Assembly (NCBI GenBank): GCA_934692675.1
Contig: CAKUUD010000002.1
Location: forward strand, 173,036-237,035
DNA length: 64,000 nucleotides
Direction of reading: 5' to 3'
Source: an uncultured Eubacteriales bacterium
GTDB lineage: Bacteria > Bacillota > Clostridia > Oscillospirales > Acutalibacteraceae
Numbering within the stretch: position 1 is the first letter of the stretch; each line of letters begins with the position of its first letter. The notes beneath the pieces are model-generated. The model made no database searches, was not told the DNA's origin, and saw nothing but the letters and a program-made list of their open reading frames with translations. Below are positions 31,102-41,933 of this stretch, in pieces. The translations under genes and the position numbers were made by a program.

Positions 31102-33475
31102 AAGTATTCATATAGTAGGATTTGGAAAATTTAATGATTTTTCTATGGATTTTAAAGATGGATTACAGATAATCTGTCGCCCGAATGAATATGGAAAATC
31201 AACGATAATGGAATTTATAAAAATGATGTTTTACAGCAAAAGAGCGGGAGAAAAAGCTACATCTAAAAATCGCTCTTTAAGAAAGAAATATTTTCCGTGG
31301 TCAAAAAATCAAATGGGCGGTAAAATAATATTCGAATATTCTGGAAATGAATATGAAATTCAAAAAAAATTGGATTCTTCTTCTCCTTCAAAGGATGAGG
31401 TGCTGTTTCAAAATATATCAACGGGAGAAAAAATTATTTTAGATAAAAGTCAGGAGATAGGGGAGTACCTTTTTGGAATAGACGTGAGAAGCTTTGAAAG
31501 AAGCAGTTTCATGGGAAATATAGGAAAAAGCGATTTTGAGATACATAAAAAGGAAGAAGATAAAACCGCAGAAAAAATCATGGCTAATTTTTCGGAAAAT
31601 AGCAATTTTACTGCATCAAAAAGGTTATCTGAAGCAATAAATGATTTGGAAAGTGTAACAAAACGTTCGGGCAAAATTCCAAAATTAAAGTGCAAAATTG
31701 ATGAGTTAAAAATAAAAATACATAACCTAAAAGAAAAAGAAAATACACAACAACAGATTCAAGAAAAAATAGAAAAATTTAATGAATTAAAAGAAGAAAA
31801 ATTAAATATACAAAAACATTTGAAAGCGGTGGAAGACTCAAATTATCTATCTAAAATAAAAAGCTTGGTATCAGAAGCTGAAAATTATGAAAATTTGAAA
31901 TCTGAAATGAAAAAAATGTTATGCAGCAGCGAACTTCCGAAGGATTATGTATATAATTTGAAAATGAGAATAGGGGAAATAGAGGACTCATGCCGGAGGC
32001 TGCGAGATTTGAATTTTTCGAAGCCGAAATGTAAAAATTATAAAAATTTTCAGAAAGAATATGAAAATATAAAATATTTATCGTCAAAAAAATCAGACTC
32101 GGAAATAAATTTGAATAAATTAAATCGCTTTCAAGACTCTTATCATTCAAATAAAAATTGTTGTGATAATGAAAATTTAAATAATTTAGTTAATGATTAT
32201 CATAATTTAAAATCGAACATATTTTGCAAAAAATCAAAAAATATTTCTTTGGCTTTATATATTTTGAATATAATTTTTCTTGTTGCTTCATTATTTACAT
32301 TTGCCAGAATAGGTTCAAATAATTTTATATTTTGTATATTTTTATTTTTGGCGGTCTTGACTGGTTGCGTGAATTTGTTTAAATATATTAAAAAATCTCA
32401 AAATTTAAAATCATTAAAAAAATTGGATAGCGAAATAAATAAATCAATAATCTCCGAAAAAATTTTTTTGGAAGAAAATTTAAAAAAGTATCAGAGCGAA
32501 ATTGACAAGATTTTGAATGATTTTGGATTGAATTCCGTTGAGGAATTTTATTTAAACTATATGGCGACCCAATCCGCCGGAAAAATTAGTGAAAAATGCG
32601 AAATTATAAAAAATGAAATAAAAATTTCCGTTGATTATTTAGTTAAGGAAGTTTCAAAGGTTAGATCAGTGGAATCATATCAGCAGTGCAAAAATTTTAT
32701 CGAGTATTTAGAAAAATTAAAAAATGATATGCTAAACTTGGAAGAAAAAATAAAAATAAAAGCAAATATTTTAAATATAGATGATTACTCTTTAAAAAAT
32801 TTGAAATCAATTGAAAAAGAACTGAGTTCTAAGATTGATGTTGCCCATGCGGATAAATTAGATTTGCCGCAAAAAATAGCAAGATTAGCATATTTAAACA
32901 GTCTGAATTTGGAAGAAAAAATTTCAAATTTTCAAAAAAGTATAGTGGTGTTTGATACCGATTCCAATGAACTCGAAGCCCAATTAATAAGCGAAGAAAA
33001 GCGTTTGAACCGTATGAATAACTACTTAAAAAGCCTGAAAATTGCCCATAGTACAATTGAAAATATTTCGGACAATTTAAGAAAAAATTTTAGCCCTAAG
33101 CTTAATCAAAGAGCATCGGAGATTTTTTGCGATATTACAAAAAATAAGTATAAAGAAATCCATGTTCAAAAGGATTATAGTATTTTAATAAATAATGATG
33201 GATTTGATATTGATTACGACAAATTCAGTAACGGCACAATTGATCAGGCGTATTTTTCGTTGAGAGTAGCCATTTCAGAACTTATATCTGAAAGCAGCAG
33301 TAATGTTCCATTGATTTTGGATGATATTTTTATGCAATATGATGATGCTCGTTTGCTAAGTCTTCTAAAATTTTTGAAAAATTATTCCAATTTGTCAGAA
33401 AGGCAAATAATATTATTCACTTGTCATAGTAACGTTGAAGATTTAGCTCTGAAAAATTCAATAATTGATTGTTAA
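31091..33475 (+). CDS. SbcC/Rad50-like AAA ATPase with central TM hairpin (YhaN-like)
   Basis: N-terminal Walker A (NEYGKST), long coiled coils, two central TM helices, C-terminal Walker B/D-loop (LILDDIFMQYDD). Confidence 0.7.
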   Translation: MKIKSIHIVGFGKFNDFSMDFKDGLQIICRPNEYGKSTIMEFIKMMFYSKRAGEKATSKNRSLRKKYFPWSKNQMGGKIIFEYSGNEYEIQKKLDSSSPSKDEVLFQNISTGEKIILDKSQEIGEYLFGIDVRSFERSSFMGNIGKSDFEIHKKEEDKTAEKIMANFSENSNFTASKRLSEAINDLESVTKRSGKIPKLKCKIDELKIKIHNLKEKENTQQQIQEKIEKFNELKEEKLNIQKHLKAVEDSNYLSKIKSLVSEAENYENLKSEMKKMLCSSELPKDYVYNLKMRIGEIEDSCRRLRDLNFSKPKCKNYKNFQKEYENIKYLSSKKSDSEINLNKLNRFQDSYHSNKNCCDNENLNNLVNDYHNLKSNIFCKKSKNISLALYILNIIFLVASLFTFARIGSNNFIFCIFLFLAVLTGCVNLFKYIKKSQNLKSLKKLDSEINKSIISEKIFLEENLKKYQSEIDKILNDFGLNSVEEFYLNYMATQSAGKISEKCEIIKNEIKISVDYLVKEVSKVRSVESYQQCKNFIEYLEKLKNDMLNLEEKIKIKANILNIDDYSLKNLKSIEKELSSKIDVAHADKLDLPQKIARLAYLNSLNLEEKISNFQKSIVVFDTDSNELEAQLISEEKRLNRMNNYLKSLKIAHSTIENISDNLRKNFSPKLNQRASEIFCDITKNKYKEIHVQKDYSILINNDGFDIDYDKFSNGTIDQAYFSLRVAISELISESSSNVPLILDDIFMQYDDARLLSLLKFLKNYSNLSERQIILFTCHSNVEDLALKNSIIDC

Positions 33476-33488
33476 TTGTAACAATCAA

Positions 33489-34700
33489 TTATTTTTTGTT
33501 TAGATTTATTTTTATTTTATCAATTGTAGCTCCTCGCAGAGTATACATATTTGAATTGGGCAAAAGCACGACTTTTTTCAAATGGTGCTTAACGGGCATA
33601 GTCCCTTCGAGTTTGCCCGAAATATTGTAAGAATAAAGTTTATCTGAACTTATCCCTATAATTCTATTTTTTCTTTGAGAAACACTATAAAGGCTGGACT
33701 CGGAGTTAAGCTTTGTAATTTCATTTCCGGTGATGTCAATTGATATTATCTCATCATTTTCGTTATCGTTAACAGAGGGCGTCAAACAGCAGCATATTCC
33801 ATAATCTTTGTTAAAGTCGTAAGATTTTAATATTTTATCTTCGTATCCAACGTTTTTACAGTTATAATTTTTGGTATTTATGAAAGACATATATTTGTCG
33901 CCGATCGCAAGTAGATTTTCGTTTGCTAAAATATTTAAAGTAGTGCAAGTGTTATTGCTTAGTTTTATTTTATGTTCCGGGGTTTCGGACGAAAAATCAA
34001 GGACATAGATTTCTGATGCTATTTCTCCGTTTTCTGTTGAAATTCCACTAACAAAAGCTTTAGTTGCAAAAGAATTTATACAAATATCTGTTACGTAAAT
34101 ATCTGAAAAGTAATAATGATATTTTTCTACGTGAGATTTATTGTATACAGTTAATTCGGATAAGTGGTTTACAGATTCGGTGATTATCGCGCAGGAACCA
34201 GTTTCGGATACCGCGCCAGCTATAATTTTTTTCTCTGTTTTTCCTTCAAATAATGTTTTTGAAAGGCTTTCTAGCTTATAATTTTTACCGCCAATATCAT
34301 ATATAATTTGTCTTATGCCACTGATTTTTAAACACGGATTGCTAAAATTATGTTTGGATTTTCGAATAATCTTTCCTTTTGAATTTAATATATTTAGCGA
34401 GGTATCACTTAGAGCAAAGATATTTTTGTCATAGATTTGAAAATTTTTACTTAAAACCTTTTCGCCATCAAGTCCGGACGGAAAGGAGTCCATAAATCCT
34501 ACGCTAAAAACTTTCCCTTGTGCCCACAAAATAATATTTTCAGGCAGAAAATTTATCCTATTGACCCATAAAATCATGAACACAAAGCTGCCTACAAGGA
34601 CTAAAATTATATTTTTTATATCTTTGATAAGTCTTTTATTTTCTGTTTTTATTTTTTTGAAAAATTCGTAAAATTTATTAAAAATATTTTTAAAAATCAT
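33489..34700 (-). CDS. Hypothetical membrane-anchored protein with large extracytoplasmic domain
   Basis: N-terminal TM; rest predicted extracellular, beta-rich; no recognised motif. Confidence 0.35.
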   Translation of the reverse strand: MIFKNIFNKFYEFFKKIKTENKRLIKDIKNIILVLVGSFVFMILWVNRINFLPENIILWAQGKVFSVGFMDSFPSGLDGEKVLSKNFQIYDKNIFALSDTSLNILNSKGKIIRKSKHNFSNPCLKISGIRQIIYDIGGKNYKLESLSKTLFEGKTEKKIIAGAVSETGSCAIITESVNHLSELTVYNKSHVEKYHYYFSDIYVTDICINSFATKAFVSGISTENGEIASEIYVLDFSSETPEHKIKLSNNTCTTLNILANENLLAIGDKYMSFINTKNYNCKNVGYEDKILKSYDFNKDYGICCCLTPSVNDNENDEIISIDITGNEITKLNSESSLYSVSQRKNRIIGISSDKLYSYNISGKLEGTMPVKHHLKKVVLLPNSNMYTLRGATIDKIKINLNKK

Positions 34701-34749
34701 TTTTTGAGTTACTCAAAGTAACTTTTCACCATCCTTGAGATTTTTAATT

Positions 34750-35520
34750 TCAGTAGAAAATTTTATTAAGATATAACCCATGAGCCGGCGCTGTTGGCCC
34801 TGCTAAAGCCCTGTTCTTTTCGCTTATAATTTTGGGAATATCTTCAGGATTTATTTTTCCTTGTGCTACTCTTAAAAGTGTTCCTACGATTATTCTCACC
34901 ATGTTATACAAAAATCCATCTGCTTTTATTTTTATAATTATTAAATCTCCATCTTTTTTTATACTCAAATCCTGAATTGTCCTTACCATGTTTGAAGCCT
35001 CTCGGGATTTGTCTATGGTCGCGAAGGAAGTAAAATCGTGCGTGCCGATAAGCATACTTGCAGCTGCATTCAATTTGTTTATATCTACAGGATACCAATA
35101 GTGAAATGCATATTTATCCAAAAACGGATTTCTTATTTTTGAGTTTAATATTTTGTAAATGTACTCTTTGGCCACACATGAATATCTTGCATGGAAATTT
35201 TCATCCACATCCCTACATGAATTAACCGCTATATCTCCGGGAAGATATCTGTTAAGAGCAAAAATCAAATTCTCACACTTAATTTTACTGTCGGTTTTAA
35301 AAGAAATTCCGTACATATTGGCATGAACTCCCGAATCTGTGCGACTGCATCCTTTTATTTCAGAGGTGCATTTCAGGACATTTTTTAGTGCATTTTGAAA
35401 AATTTCTTGAATAGTAACAGCGTTTTTTTGGATTTGAAAACCATGATAATTTGTTCCATCATAAGAAAGGGTCAAAAAAATATTTCTGTCTTTTTTTATA
35501 TTATTATGTATTTGTTGCAT
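34750..35520 (-). CDS. truA: tRNA pseudouridine(38-40) synthase
   Basis: TruA motifs (LSYDGTNYHGFQ, catalytic RTDSGVHA); synteny after ecf genes. Confidence 0.9.
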   Translation of the reverse strand: MQQIHNNIKKDRNIFLTLSYDGTNYHGFQIQKNAVTIQEIFQNALKNVLKCTSEIKGCSRTDSGVHANMYGISFKTDSKIKCENLIFALNRYLPGDIAVNSCRDVDENFHARYSCVAKEYIYKILNSKIRNPFLDKYAFHYWYPVDINKLNAAASMLIGTHDFTSFATIDKSREASNMVRTIQDLSIKKDGDLIIIKIKADGFLYNMVRIIVGTLLRVAQGKINPEDIPKIISEKNRALAGPTAPAHGLYLNKIFY

Positions 35521-36302
35521 GCATAAGCTCCCAAAACTAAAATTAAAATATACATCGATGCTATTAAATCTCGGTAACTGAATTGCAAAGTTTTAAAGTT
35601 GGAACGTTTTTTTGAGCTGTCGTAACTCCTTGATTCCATCGATATTGCTAGGTCGTTGGCTTTTTTTAGTGATGATATGAAAAGAGGGGCAATCACAGCC
35701 AAATAGGCTTTGAGTTTAACAATAAGATTTTTATCATGGAATTTTGCGCCTCTTACCAATTGTGCGTTATATATATTTTCGGCTTCTTCAAATAGTACGG
35801 GCAAAAATCTTAGTGAAATCGTTATAGTTACGGCCACTTCCTGAACATTAATTTTAAATATTTTAAGAGGGCTGAGTATACTTTCCAAAGCCTTTGATAT
35901 TTGGTTGGGTGAGGTGGTGTACATATTTACAGAGCTTATTAAAATTACAGAAATTAACCGGATAAATACCACAATACTGCTTTTTGCAACCTTGGGATTT
36001 ACGTGAAAAGAATTTTCTTTCATAAAATGAAAATTGTATTCGCAAATGAAATTTATCACACAAGTAATAACTGACATTATAATGACAGGTTTTAGACTTT
36101 TTAAATAATTTTTAGGAGAAACCGAAGAAAAAAACGTAATAATAAGCGCACCACAAAAAATAGTCAAAAGTGAAATAATATGGTTAGTTGTAAAAACGAC
36201 ATAAAAAATAACAAATAAAGATAATATTTTTATTCTCGGGTCGAGCTTATGTAAAAATGAATCTCCTGCAATAAATTTACCAAAATATATTTTTTTAATC
36301 AA
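35496..36302 (-). CDS. ecfT: ECF transporter transmembrane (T) component
   Basis: 268 aa polytopic; conserved ecfA1-ecfA2-ecfT-truA arrangement. Confidence 0.85.
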   Translation of the reverse strand: MIKKIYFGKFIAGDSFLHKLDPRIKILSLFVIFYVVFTTNHIISLLTIFCGALIITFFSSVSPKNYLKSLKPVIIMSVITCVINFICEYNFHFMKENSFHVNPKVAKSSIVVFIRLISVILISSVNMYTTSPNQISKALESILSPLKIFKINVQEVAVTITISLRFLPVLFEEAENIYNAQLVRGAKFHDKNLIVKLKAYLAVIAPLFISSLKKANDLAISMESRSYDSSKKRSNFKTLQFSYRDLIASMYILILVLGAYACNKYIII

Positions 36303-37140
36303 TTTTTTGCACCTCAGTATTTTTTAAGTATTCAAGTATTTGAATTTTTGCTCTTTCTAACTGAATTTCAAAAGGAATATGATAACCATTTTCATTTATT
36401 TTATTTATAATTTTCGATGCGTCGGGAATATCAAGCCCTAGCTCTAAGAGTTTTTTACTTTGCTTGAAAATTTCTTTTGAATCTCCAAAAGCAACCTGTT
36501 TTCCCAAATGCATAATTAAAATTTTATCAGAAAGGTAAGCAGCTTCCTCCATAACGTGAGAAACAAAAATTATCGTGGCATTTTTTTGCGATTTGTAATT
36601 TTTTATATATTCTATCAATTTAATTGCCGATGCAGCATCGAGCCCGGCTGTGAATTCATCTAAAATCAATACTTGTGGGTGAGTTACGAGTATTCCTGCA
36701 AGGGCACACTTTCGCTTTTCTCCTCCTGATAAACTCAGGTGAGATTTACTTAGTAAACTTTCATCTATATTTAAAAAATCGATAGTTTCTGATATTCTTT
36801 TTTTAATCGTATTTTCATCTGTATCTCTGTTTCTTAGGCCGAACGCGATATCATCGTAAATAGTCTTGCTGAACAACTGTTTTTCCGGATACTGAAAAAG
36901 TATTCCTATTTTGGAATATAGTTCATTTTTTAAATCAGATATATTTTTATTATCCAAGAGAATGCTACCTTCGGAAGGCTCCAAAAGCCCGCTGAGTAAA
37001 TTAATTATTGTGGACTTTCCGGAGCCGGTTTTCCCGAGTATTCCCAGAATTTCTCCTTTATTTATATCAAAATTTATGTTTGAAAGAGAAAAATCATCAG
37101 ATTTATCGTATGTGTAATAAACATTTTTAAATGAAATCAT
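36295..37140 (-). CDS. ecfA2: ECF transporter ATPase component A2
   Basis: Walker A GKTGSGKST, LSGGEKRK, ILDEFTAGLD. Confidence 0.85.
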   Translation of the reverse strand: MISFKNVYYTYDKSDDFSLSNINFDINKGEILGILGKTGSGKSTIINLLSGLLEPSEGSILLDNKNISDLKNELYSKIGILFQYPEKQLFSKTIYDDIAFGLRNRDTDENTIKKRISETIDFLNIDESLLSKSHLSLSGGEKRKCALAGILVTHPQVLILDEFTAGLDAASAIKLIEYIKNYKSQKNATIIFVSHVMEEAAYLSDKILIMHLGKQVAFGDSKEIFKQSKKLLELGLDIPDASKIINKINENGYHIPFEIQLERAKIQILEYLKNTEVQKID

Positions 37141-37985
37141 TTTATTTTCTCCAGTATTTTTATTATTTCGTCAGCACATTCAGAATTACAAAATTTGTTT
37201 GTATCGACGCTGTATCCGTTAATTTTCAAAAAGTGAAGTATGTCCGTAGATGCAAGTGGTAAAATATCGCTTTTTTGGATGAGTTCAACATCAGAAAACA
37301 ACTTCTTAGGAGGCTTTATATCTATTATTTTAGCCTTGTCCATGAGAACCACTCTATCGGAGTACAGGGCTTCATTTATGTAATGAGTTATTAGTATAAC
37401 AGTTATTTTGTGGATATTTTTTAGTTTTAATATAGTGTTTAAAATATTTTTTTTAGAATCAGGATCAAGCATAGAAGTAGGTTCGTCAAATACCATGATA
37501 TCGGGTTTCATAGCCAGAACTCCGGCAATGATTAATTTTTGTTTTTGACCTCCGGATAGCGAATTTATGCTCTTTTTTTCGAATCCGTCAAGCCCGACTT
37601 CGTGGAGTGTATTTTTTATTATAGAGCCTATTTCTTTGGCGGGAACACATAAATTTTCTAAACCAAACGCTATTTCCTCTTCGACAGTCGAAGAAATAAT
37701 TTGATTATCTGGATTTTGAAATACCATTCCTACTTTTTTCTTAACTTCCGAGATATTGTTTTTCGTGTTTAAACCATCTATATACACCTCTCCGGAAGTA
37801 GGAATCAAAGTTCCATTTAAAAGCTTTGCCAAAGTAGATTTTCCGCACCCGTTTGGTCCCATTATCGATATGAATTCACCTTGATTTACAAAAAAATTTA
37901 TGTTTTCAAGCAAAGTAGCCGAATTGTTACTGTATATGTCTGTGCTTTTATAAGTAACATTCTCTAAACTTATAAATTTTTTCAT
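37137..37985 (-). CDS. ecfA1: ECF transporter ATPase component A1
   Basis: Walker A GPNGCGKST, LSGGQKQK, MVFDEPTSMLD. Confidence 0.85.
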   Translation of the reverse strand: MKKFISLENVTYKSTDIYSNNSATLLENINFFVNQGEFISIMGPNGCGKSTLAKLLNGTLIPTSGEVYIDGLNTKNNISEVKKKVGMVFQNPDNQIISSTVEEEIAFGLENLCVPAKEIGSIIKNTLHEVGLDGFEKKSINSLSGGQKQKLIIAGVLAMKPDIMVFDEPTSMLDPDSKKNILNTILKLKNIHKITVILITHYINEALYSDRVVLMDKAKIIDIKPPKKLFSDVELIQKSDILPLASTDILHFLKINGYSVDTNKFCNSECADEIIKILEKIK

Positions 37986-37996
37986 AAAATCACTTC

Positions 37997-38869
37997 CTAA
38001 AATATTTTATTTTTGCTCCATATAGCTGTTGCTCCGGCGGGCATAACTAGCTCTGATGATGAAACAGGTATGCCTATTTCATCTGAATATACATATCCTC
38101 CTAATTCTTTTTGGAGCACTTCAGACAACATATATCCCATAACAGATGGCGAAAGCCCCGTGGAATATGAATTTATAACAAAAAATTCGGCGTCTTCTGA
38201 TAAAACGTTTTTACACAATTTTATAAATTCATATATGTTATCTTCAATTCTCCAAATTTCTCCCCGAGGTCCTCTTCCGTAAGATGGCGGGTCCATTATA
38301 AGGCCATCATATTTGTTGTTTCTTTTTATTTCTCTCAGGACGAATTTTTCGCAATCGTCAACAATCCATCTGATAGGAGCGGTTTTTAGATTAGAAAGTT
38401 CTGCGTTTTCTCTTGCCCATGTTACCATGCCTTTCGAAGCATCAACGTGACAGACTTTAGCTCCGGCGTTTGCGCATGCCAAAGTTGCGCCTCCTGTGTA
38501 TGCAAATAAATTCAATACGTTTGTAGGCGCTTTTCTCTTTTTTATAATTGTTTCAAACATATCCCAGTTTACTGCCTGTTCCGGGAATATGCCCGTGTGC
38601 TTGAAATTCATCATTTTTACATTGAAATTTAAATTTTTGTACGATATTTTCCAAGATTCCGGAACGTGTTTTTTTGTTTCCCAAGCACCGCCGCCTTTGG
38701 ATGACCTATGATAAACAGCGCTGTAATTATTCCATTGAGGCAATAATTTAGGCGTTTTCCAAATTACCTGAGGATCGGGTCTAACCAAAATTATATCGCC
38801 CCAGCGTTCTAACCTGTCTCCATCCGAGGTGTCCAAAAGTTCGTAATCTTTCCATTTTGTGTATCTCAT
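37997..38869 (-). CDS. Class I SAM-dependent methyltransferase (RlmI-like catalytic domain, no PUA)
   Basis: LNLFAYTGGATLA and GLIMDPPSYGRG motifs. Confidence 0.65.
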   Translation of the reverse strand: MRYTKWKDYELLDTSDGDRLERWGDIILVRPDPQVIWKTPKLLPQWNNYSAVYHRSSKGGGAWETKKHVPESWKISYKNLNFNVKMMNFKHTGIFPEQAVNWDMFETIIKKRKAPTNVLNLFAYTGGATLACANAGAKVCHVDASKGMVTWARENAELSNLKTAPIRWIVDDCEKFVLREIKRNNKYDGLIMDPPSYGRGPRGEIWRIEDNIYEFIKLCKNVLSEDAEFFVINSYSTGLSPSVMGYMLSEVLQKELGGYVYSDEIGIPVSSSELVMPAGATAIWSKNKIF

Positions 38870-38903
38870 TTTTTATTTTCATTCCTTATTGTGTAACAAC
38901 TTT

Positions 38904-40250
38904 TTATTTTAAATTTTCTGAAACTACAATTCGTGCTTCTTCTATCAAAGAATCTAATTTCTTTTCATCAAGACATTCGACCATAATGCGAATTTTGGGT
39001 TCTGTTCCGGATTCACGGATTAAAATTCTTCCGGATGAACCAAGCTTTGCAGTGGCATTTTTTATATATTCTTGAATTTTTTCGTTATTTTTCAGTAGAC
39101 CTTTTTGTGACAATTCTATTTTCACTTCGGATTGCTTTTGAGGATATTTTACAAATTGAGATGAAAGCTCGGATATAGATTTTCCGGTCTTTGAGAGTAT
39201 GTTTAAAATTTGTAGAGCTGTTAATTGGCCATCTCCTGTGGATGATAAATCCCCGAATATTACATGCCCGGATTGTTCTCCTCCGATGCTGTAATTTTTT
39301 TCAAGCATTCTTTCTAAAACATATCTGTCACCGACTTTTGTTTCTGATAAATTTATGTCATTTTTTTTGCAAAATTCTTTAAGCCCCATGTTAGACATAA
39401 TCGTAGCGACAAGGGTATTGTTGGTTAGTTTGCCGTTATCTTTTAAATACTTGGCGCAAAGAGCCAGGATAATGTCTCCGTCCACTATTTTACCGTTATT
39501 ATCTATTAATAAGCAACGATCGGCATCTCCGTCAAACGCAATTCCTATATCACATTTGTTTTTAACGACGTATTCAGATAATTTTCCTAAATGAGTAGAA
39601 CCGCAATTTTCGTTGATGTTTATTCCGTCAGGATTATCGAAAAGAATGGTTGCATTTGAATTTATTTCAGAAAAAATTTTACCCGCAGTTGCACTGGCAG
39701 AGCCGTTCGCACAGTCTACAGCTATTTTTAAATTTTCTATATTTCCTTCAAAAGTTTCGCATAAATAATTTGTATAATCATCTATTGCTGATTCACATTT
39801 TAAAATCTTTCCTAATTTTTCTCCTATCGGTAAGCTCAGTTCTTCATTGCCTTCCACTAATTTTTCAATGGAATCTTCTATTTCATCGGTGAGTTTGTAG
39901 CCATCCTTATTAAAAAATTTTATTCCGTTGAATTCAAACGAATTGTGAGAGGCGGATATCATTATTCCCGCGTCTGCGTTATATTTTTTCACAAGATAGG
40001 ATACAGCAGGAGTGGGGACGACCCCGAGCGAAATTCCTTTTGCTCCTACGGAAGCTATCCCTGCTAAAAGAGCGTTCTCAAGCATATCCGATGATATTCT
40101 CGTGTCTTTTCCTATCAATATTTTTGCGCTATGCCCACAATTGCCGGTCAGTACTTTTGCCGCTGCGCGACCTAATTTTATAGCAAGTTCACAGGTGAGT
40201 TCTCTGTTTGCAACTCCTCTGACTCCGTCTGTTCCAAAAAATTTTCCCAT
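38904..40250 (-). CDS. glmM: Phosphoglucosamine mutase
   Basis: GTDGVRG N-terminus, active-site SASHN, 448 aa. Confidence 0.9.
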   Translation of the reverse strand: MGKFFGTDGVRGVANRELTCELAIKLGRAAAKVLTGNCGHSAKILIGKDTRISSDMLENALLAGIASVGAKGISLGVVPTPAVSYLVKKYNADAGIMISASHNSFEFNGIKFFNKDGYKLTDEIEDSIEKLVEGNEELSLPIGEKLGKILKCESAIDDYTNYLCETFEGNIENLKIAVDCANGSASATAGKIFSEINSNATILFDNPDGININENCGSTHLGKLSEYVVKNKCDIGIAFDGDADRCLLIDNNGKIVDGDIILALCAKYLKDNGKLTNNTLVATIMSNMGLKEFCKKNDINLSETKVGDRYVLERMLEKNYSIGGEQSGHVIFGDLSSTGDGQLTALQILNILSKTGKSISELSSQFVKYPQKQSEVKIELSQKGLLKNNEKIQEYIKNATAKLGSSGRILIRESGTEPKIRIMVECLDEKKLDSLIEEARIVVSENLK

Positions 40251-40281
40251 AAAAATCCTCCTAAAGTGTTAAACTGAAGTA

Positions 40282-41313
40282 TTAAAATTTGCATTGTTCG
40301 TTTTCGAAATCGTGTTCGTGTGGATTTTTGTAACCCATGTGGCTGTAAGCTGCCGCGGTTACGCATCTTCCGCGAGGAGTTCTGCTGATAAATCCAATTT
40401 GCATCAAAAATGGCTCATAAACATCTTCTATGGTGATAGCTTCTTCTCCGATTGCCGAGGCCAAAGTTTCAAGCCCGACAGGCCCTCCTCCATAGTATGA
40501 AATTATAGTATCTATTATTCTACGGTCGTTTGTGTCGAGACCTAATTCATCCACTCCCAAGCGGTCCAAAGCATCTTTTGCTATTTTATATGTTATTTCT
40601 CCTGAATTTAGCACCTGTGCGAAATCGCGGACACGTTTCAATAATCTGTTTGCGATACGGGGCGTACCTCTGGAGCGCGAAGCTATTTCTAAACTTCCAT
40701 CATTGCTGATTTCTATTCCTAGTATGTTTGCGCTTCTTTTTATTATTTTTGAAAGTTCCTCAGGAGTGTACATTTCGAGCCTTAATACAACTCCAAATCT
40801 GTCCCTAAGAGGCGCCGTGAGTTGGCCAGCTCTAGTTGTGGCTCCTATGAGAGTGAATTTAGAAAGAGGAAGATGATAAGAAGTTGCCATTTGTCCTTTT
40901 CCGGTTACTATATCTATTGCAAAGTCTTCCATAGCGGGGTAAAGTATTTCTTCTACGCTTCGGGAAAGTCTGTGAATTTCATCTATGAACAAAACATCTC
41001 CTGGGGATAGATTTGTAAGTAGCGCAGCCAAATCCCCGGGCTTTTCGATTGCAGGGCCCGAAGTTATTCGTATATTTACTCCCATCTCTTTCGCTATAAT
41101 CATTGATAAAGTGGTTTTTCCAAGTCCTGGAGGGCCATATAAAAGCACATGATCTAAAGGCTCTTTGCGGATTTTTGCTGCCTCTATAAATATTTTTAGA
41201 TTTTCTTTTACCTTTTCTTGACCTATATATTCATTTAAATTTTGAGGTCTTAGAGGGTTATCATTATCGAAATCTTCGGGTATTTCCGAAGGATTTATAA
41301 TTCTGTCATCCAT
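40282..41313 (-). CDS. ruvB: Holliday junction branch-migration ATPase RuvB
   Basis: Walker [10 protein letters not shown], Walker [10 protein letters not shown], sensor motifs. Confidence 0.9.
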   Translation of the reverse strand: MDDRIINPSEIPEDFDNDNPLRPQNLNEYIGQEKVKENLKIFIEAAKIRKEPLDHVLLYGPPGLGKTTLSMIIAKEMGVNIRITSGPAIEKPGDLAALLTNLSPGDVLFIDEIHRLSRSVEEILYPAMEDFAIDIVTGKGQMATSYHLPLSKFTLIGATTRAGQLTAPLRDRFGVVLRLEMYTPEELSKIIKRSANILGIEISNDGSLEIASRSRGTPRIANRLLKRVRDFAQVLNSGEITYKIAKDALDRLGVDELGLDTNDRRIIDTIISYYGGGPVGLETLASAIGEEAITIEDVYEPFLMQIGFISRTPRGRCVTAAAYSHMGYKNPHEHDFENEQCKF

Positions 41314-41315
41314 TT

Positions 41316-41918
41316 TTATACTCCTTTAGCCATACTTTTTAACGTCATTTTTATCATGTCTTCAGTAGATAAATTACTGTCTAAACTTGAAATAAAAGGC
41401 ATTACATCTTGATATGAATATCCTAGCGACATCAAAGCATTTGCTGCATTTTGAGCATTGGAACTTGAAGGTAATATATTTTTAAATTTAGAATTGCTAG
41501 TCGAAGAATTTTTTGAAAATAATTTATCTTTAAGTTCTAGAACGATTCTTTTGGCGGTTTTTGCTCCTATACCACTCACAGCTGTTAAGCTTTTGCTATC
41601 ATCGGATGTGACTATAGAAGCCACTTTTTCTGAAGAAAATTGAGATAAAATAGCAAGAGCTGCCTTAGGCCCTACTCCTGAAACAGAAGTAAGCAGTTTA
41701 AAGCAAGAAAGCTCATCTTTTTCGGAAAATCCGAATAAATCTATGGCATCTTGCCTGACGTTCATGTATGTGTATACAAGTATAGTAGTGTCTAAATTGC
41801 TTTTAAAAGCTTCTTGAGTGCACGCCGAAGTAAGGCATTTATAGCCGACTCCGCCGCATTCCACGACTATATAATTATCTTCTATGCATAATAATGTACC
41901 TTTTAAGCTATATATCAT
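41316..41918 (-). CDS. ruvA: Holliday junction DNA helicase subunit RuvA
   Basis: 200 aa; HhH motifs ([26 protein letters not shown]). Confidence 0.85.
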   Translation of the reverse strand: MIYSLKGTLLCIEDNYIVVECGGVGYKCLTSACTQEAFKSNLDTTILVYTYMNVRQDAIDLFGFSEKDELSCFKLLTSVSGVGPKAALAILSQFSSEKVASIVTSDDSKSLTAVSGIGAKTAKRIVLELKDKLFSKNSSTSNSKFKNILPSSSNAQNAANALMSLGYSYQDVMPFISSLDSNLSTEDMIKMTLKSMAKGV

Positions 41919-41933
41919 ATTTACTCCTATTAA

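Noticed and set aside
29974-33475. SbcD-like + SMC-like ATPase pair as a novel anti-phage defence system
   Set aside because: The two-TM insertion and gene pairing match the widely conserved Firmicutes yhaO/yhaN housekeeping genes. There are no defence-island neighbours (the flanks are dnaX-recR and truA-ecf). Kept only as a moderate-interest note.
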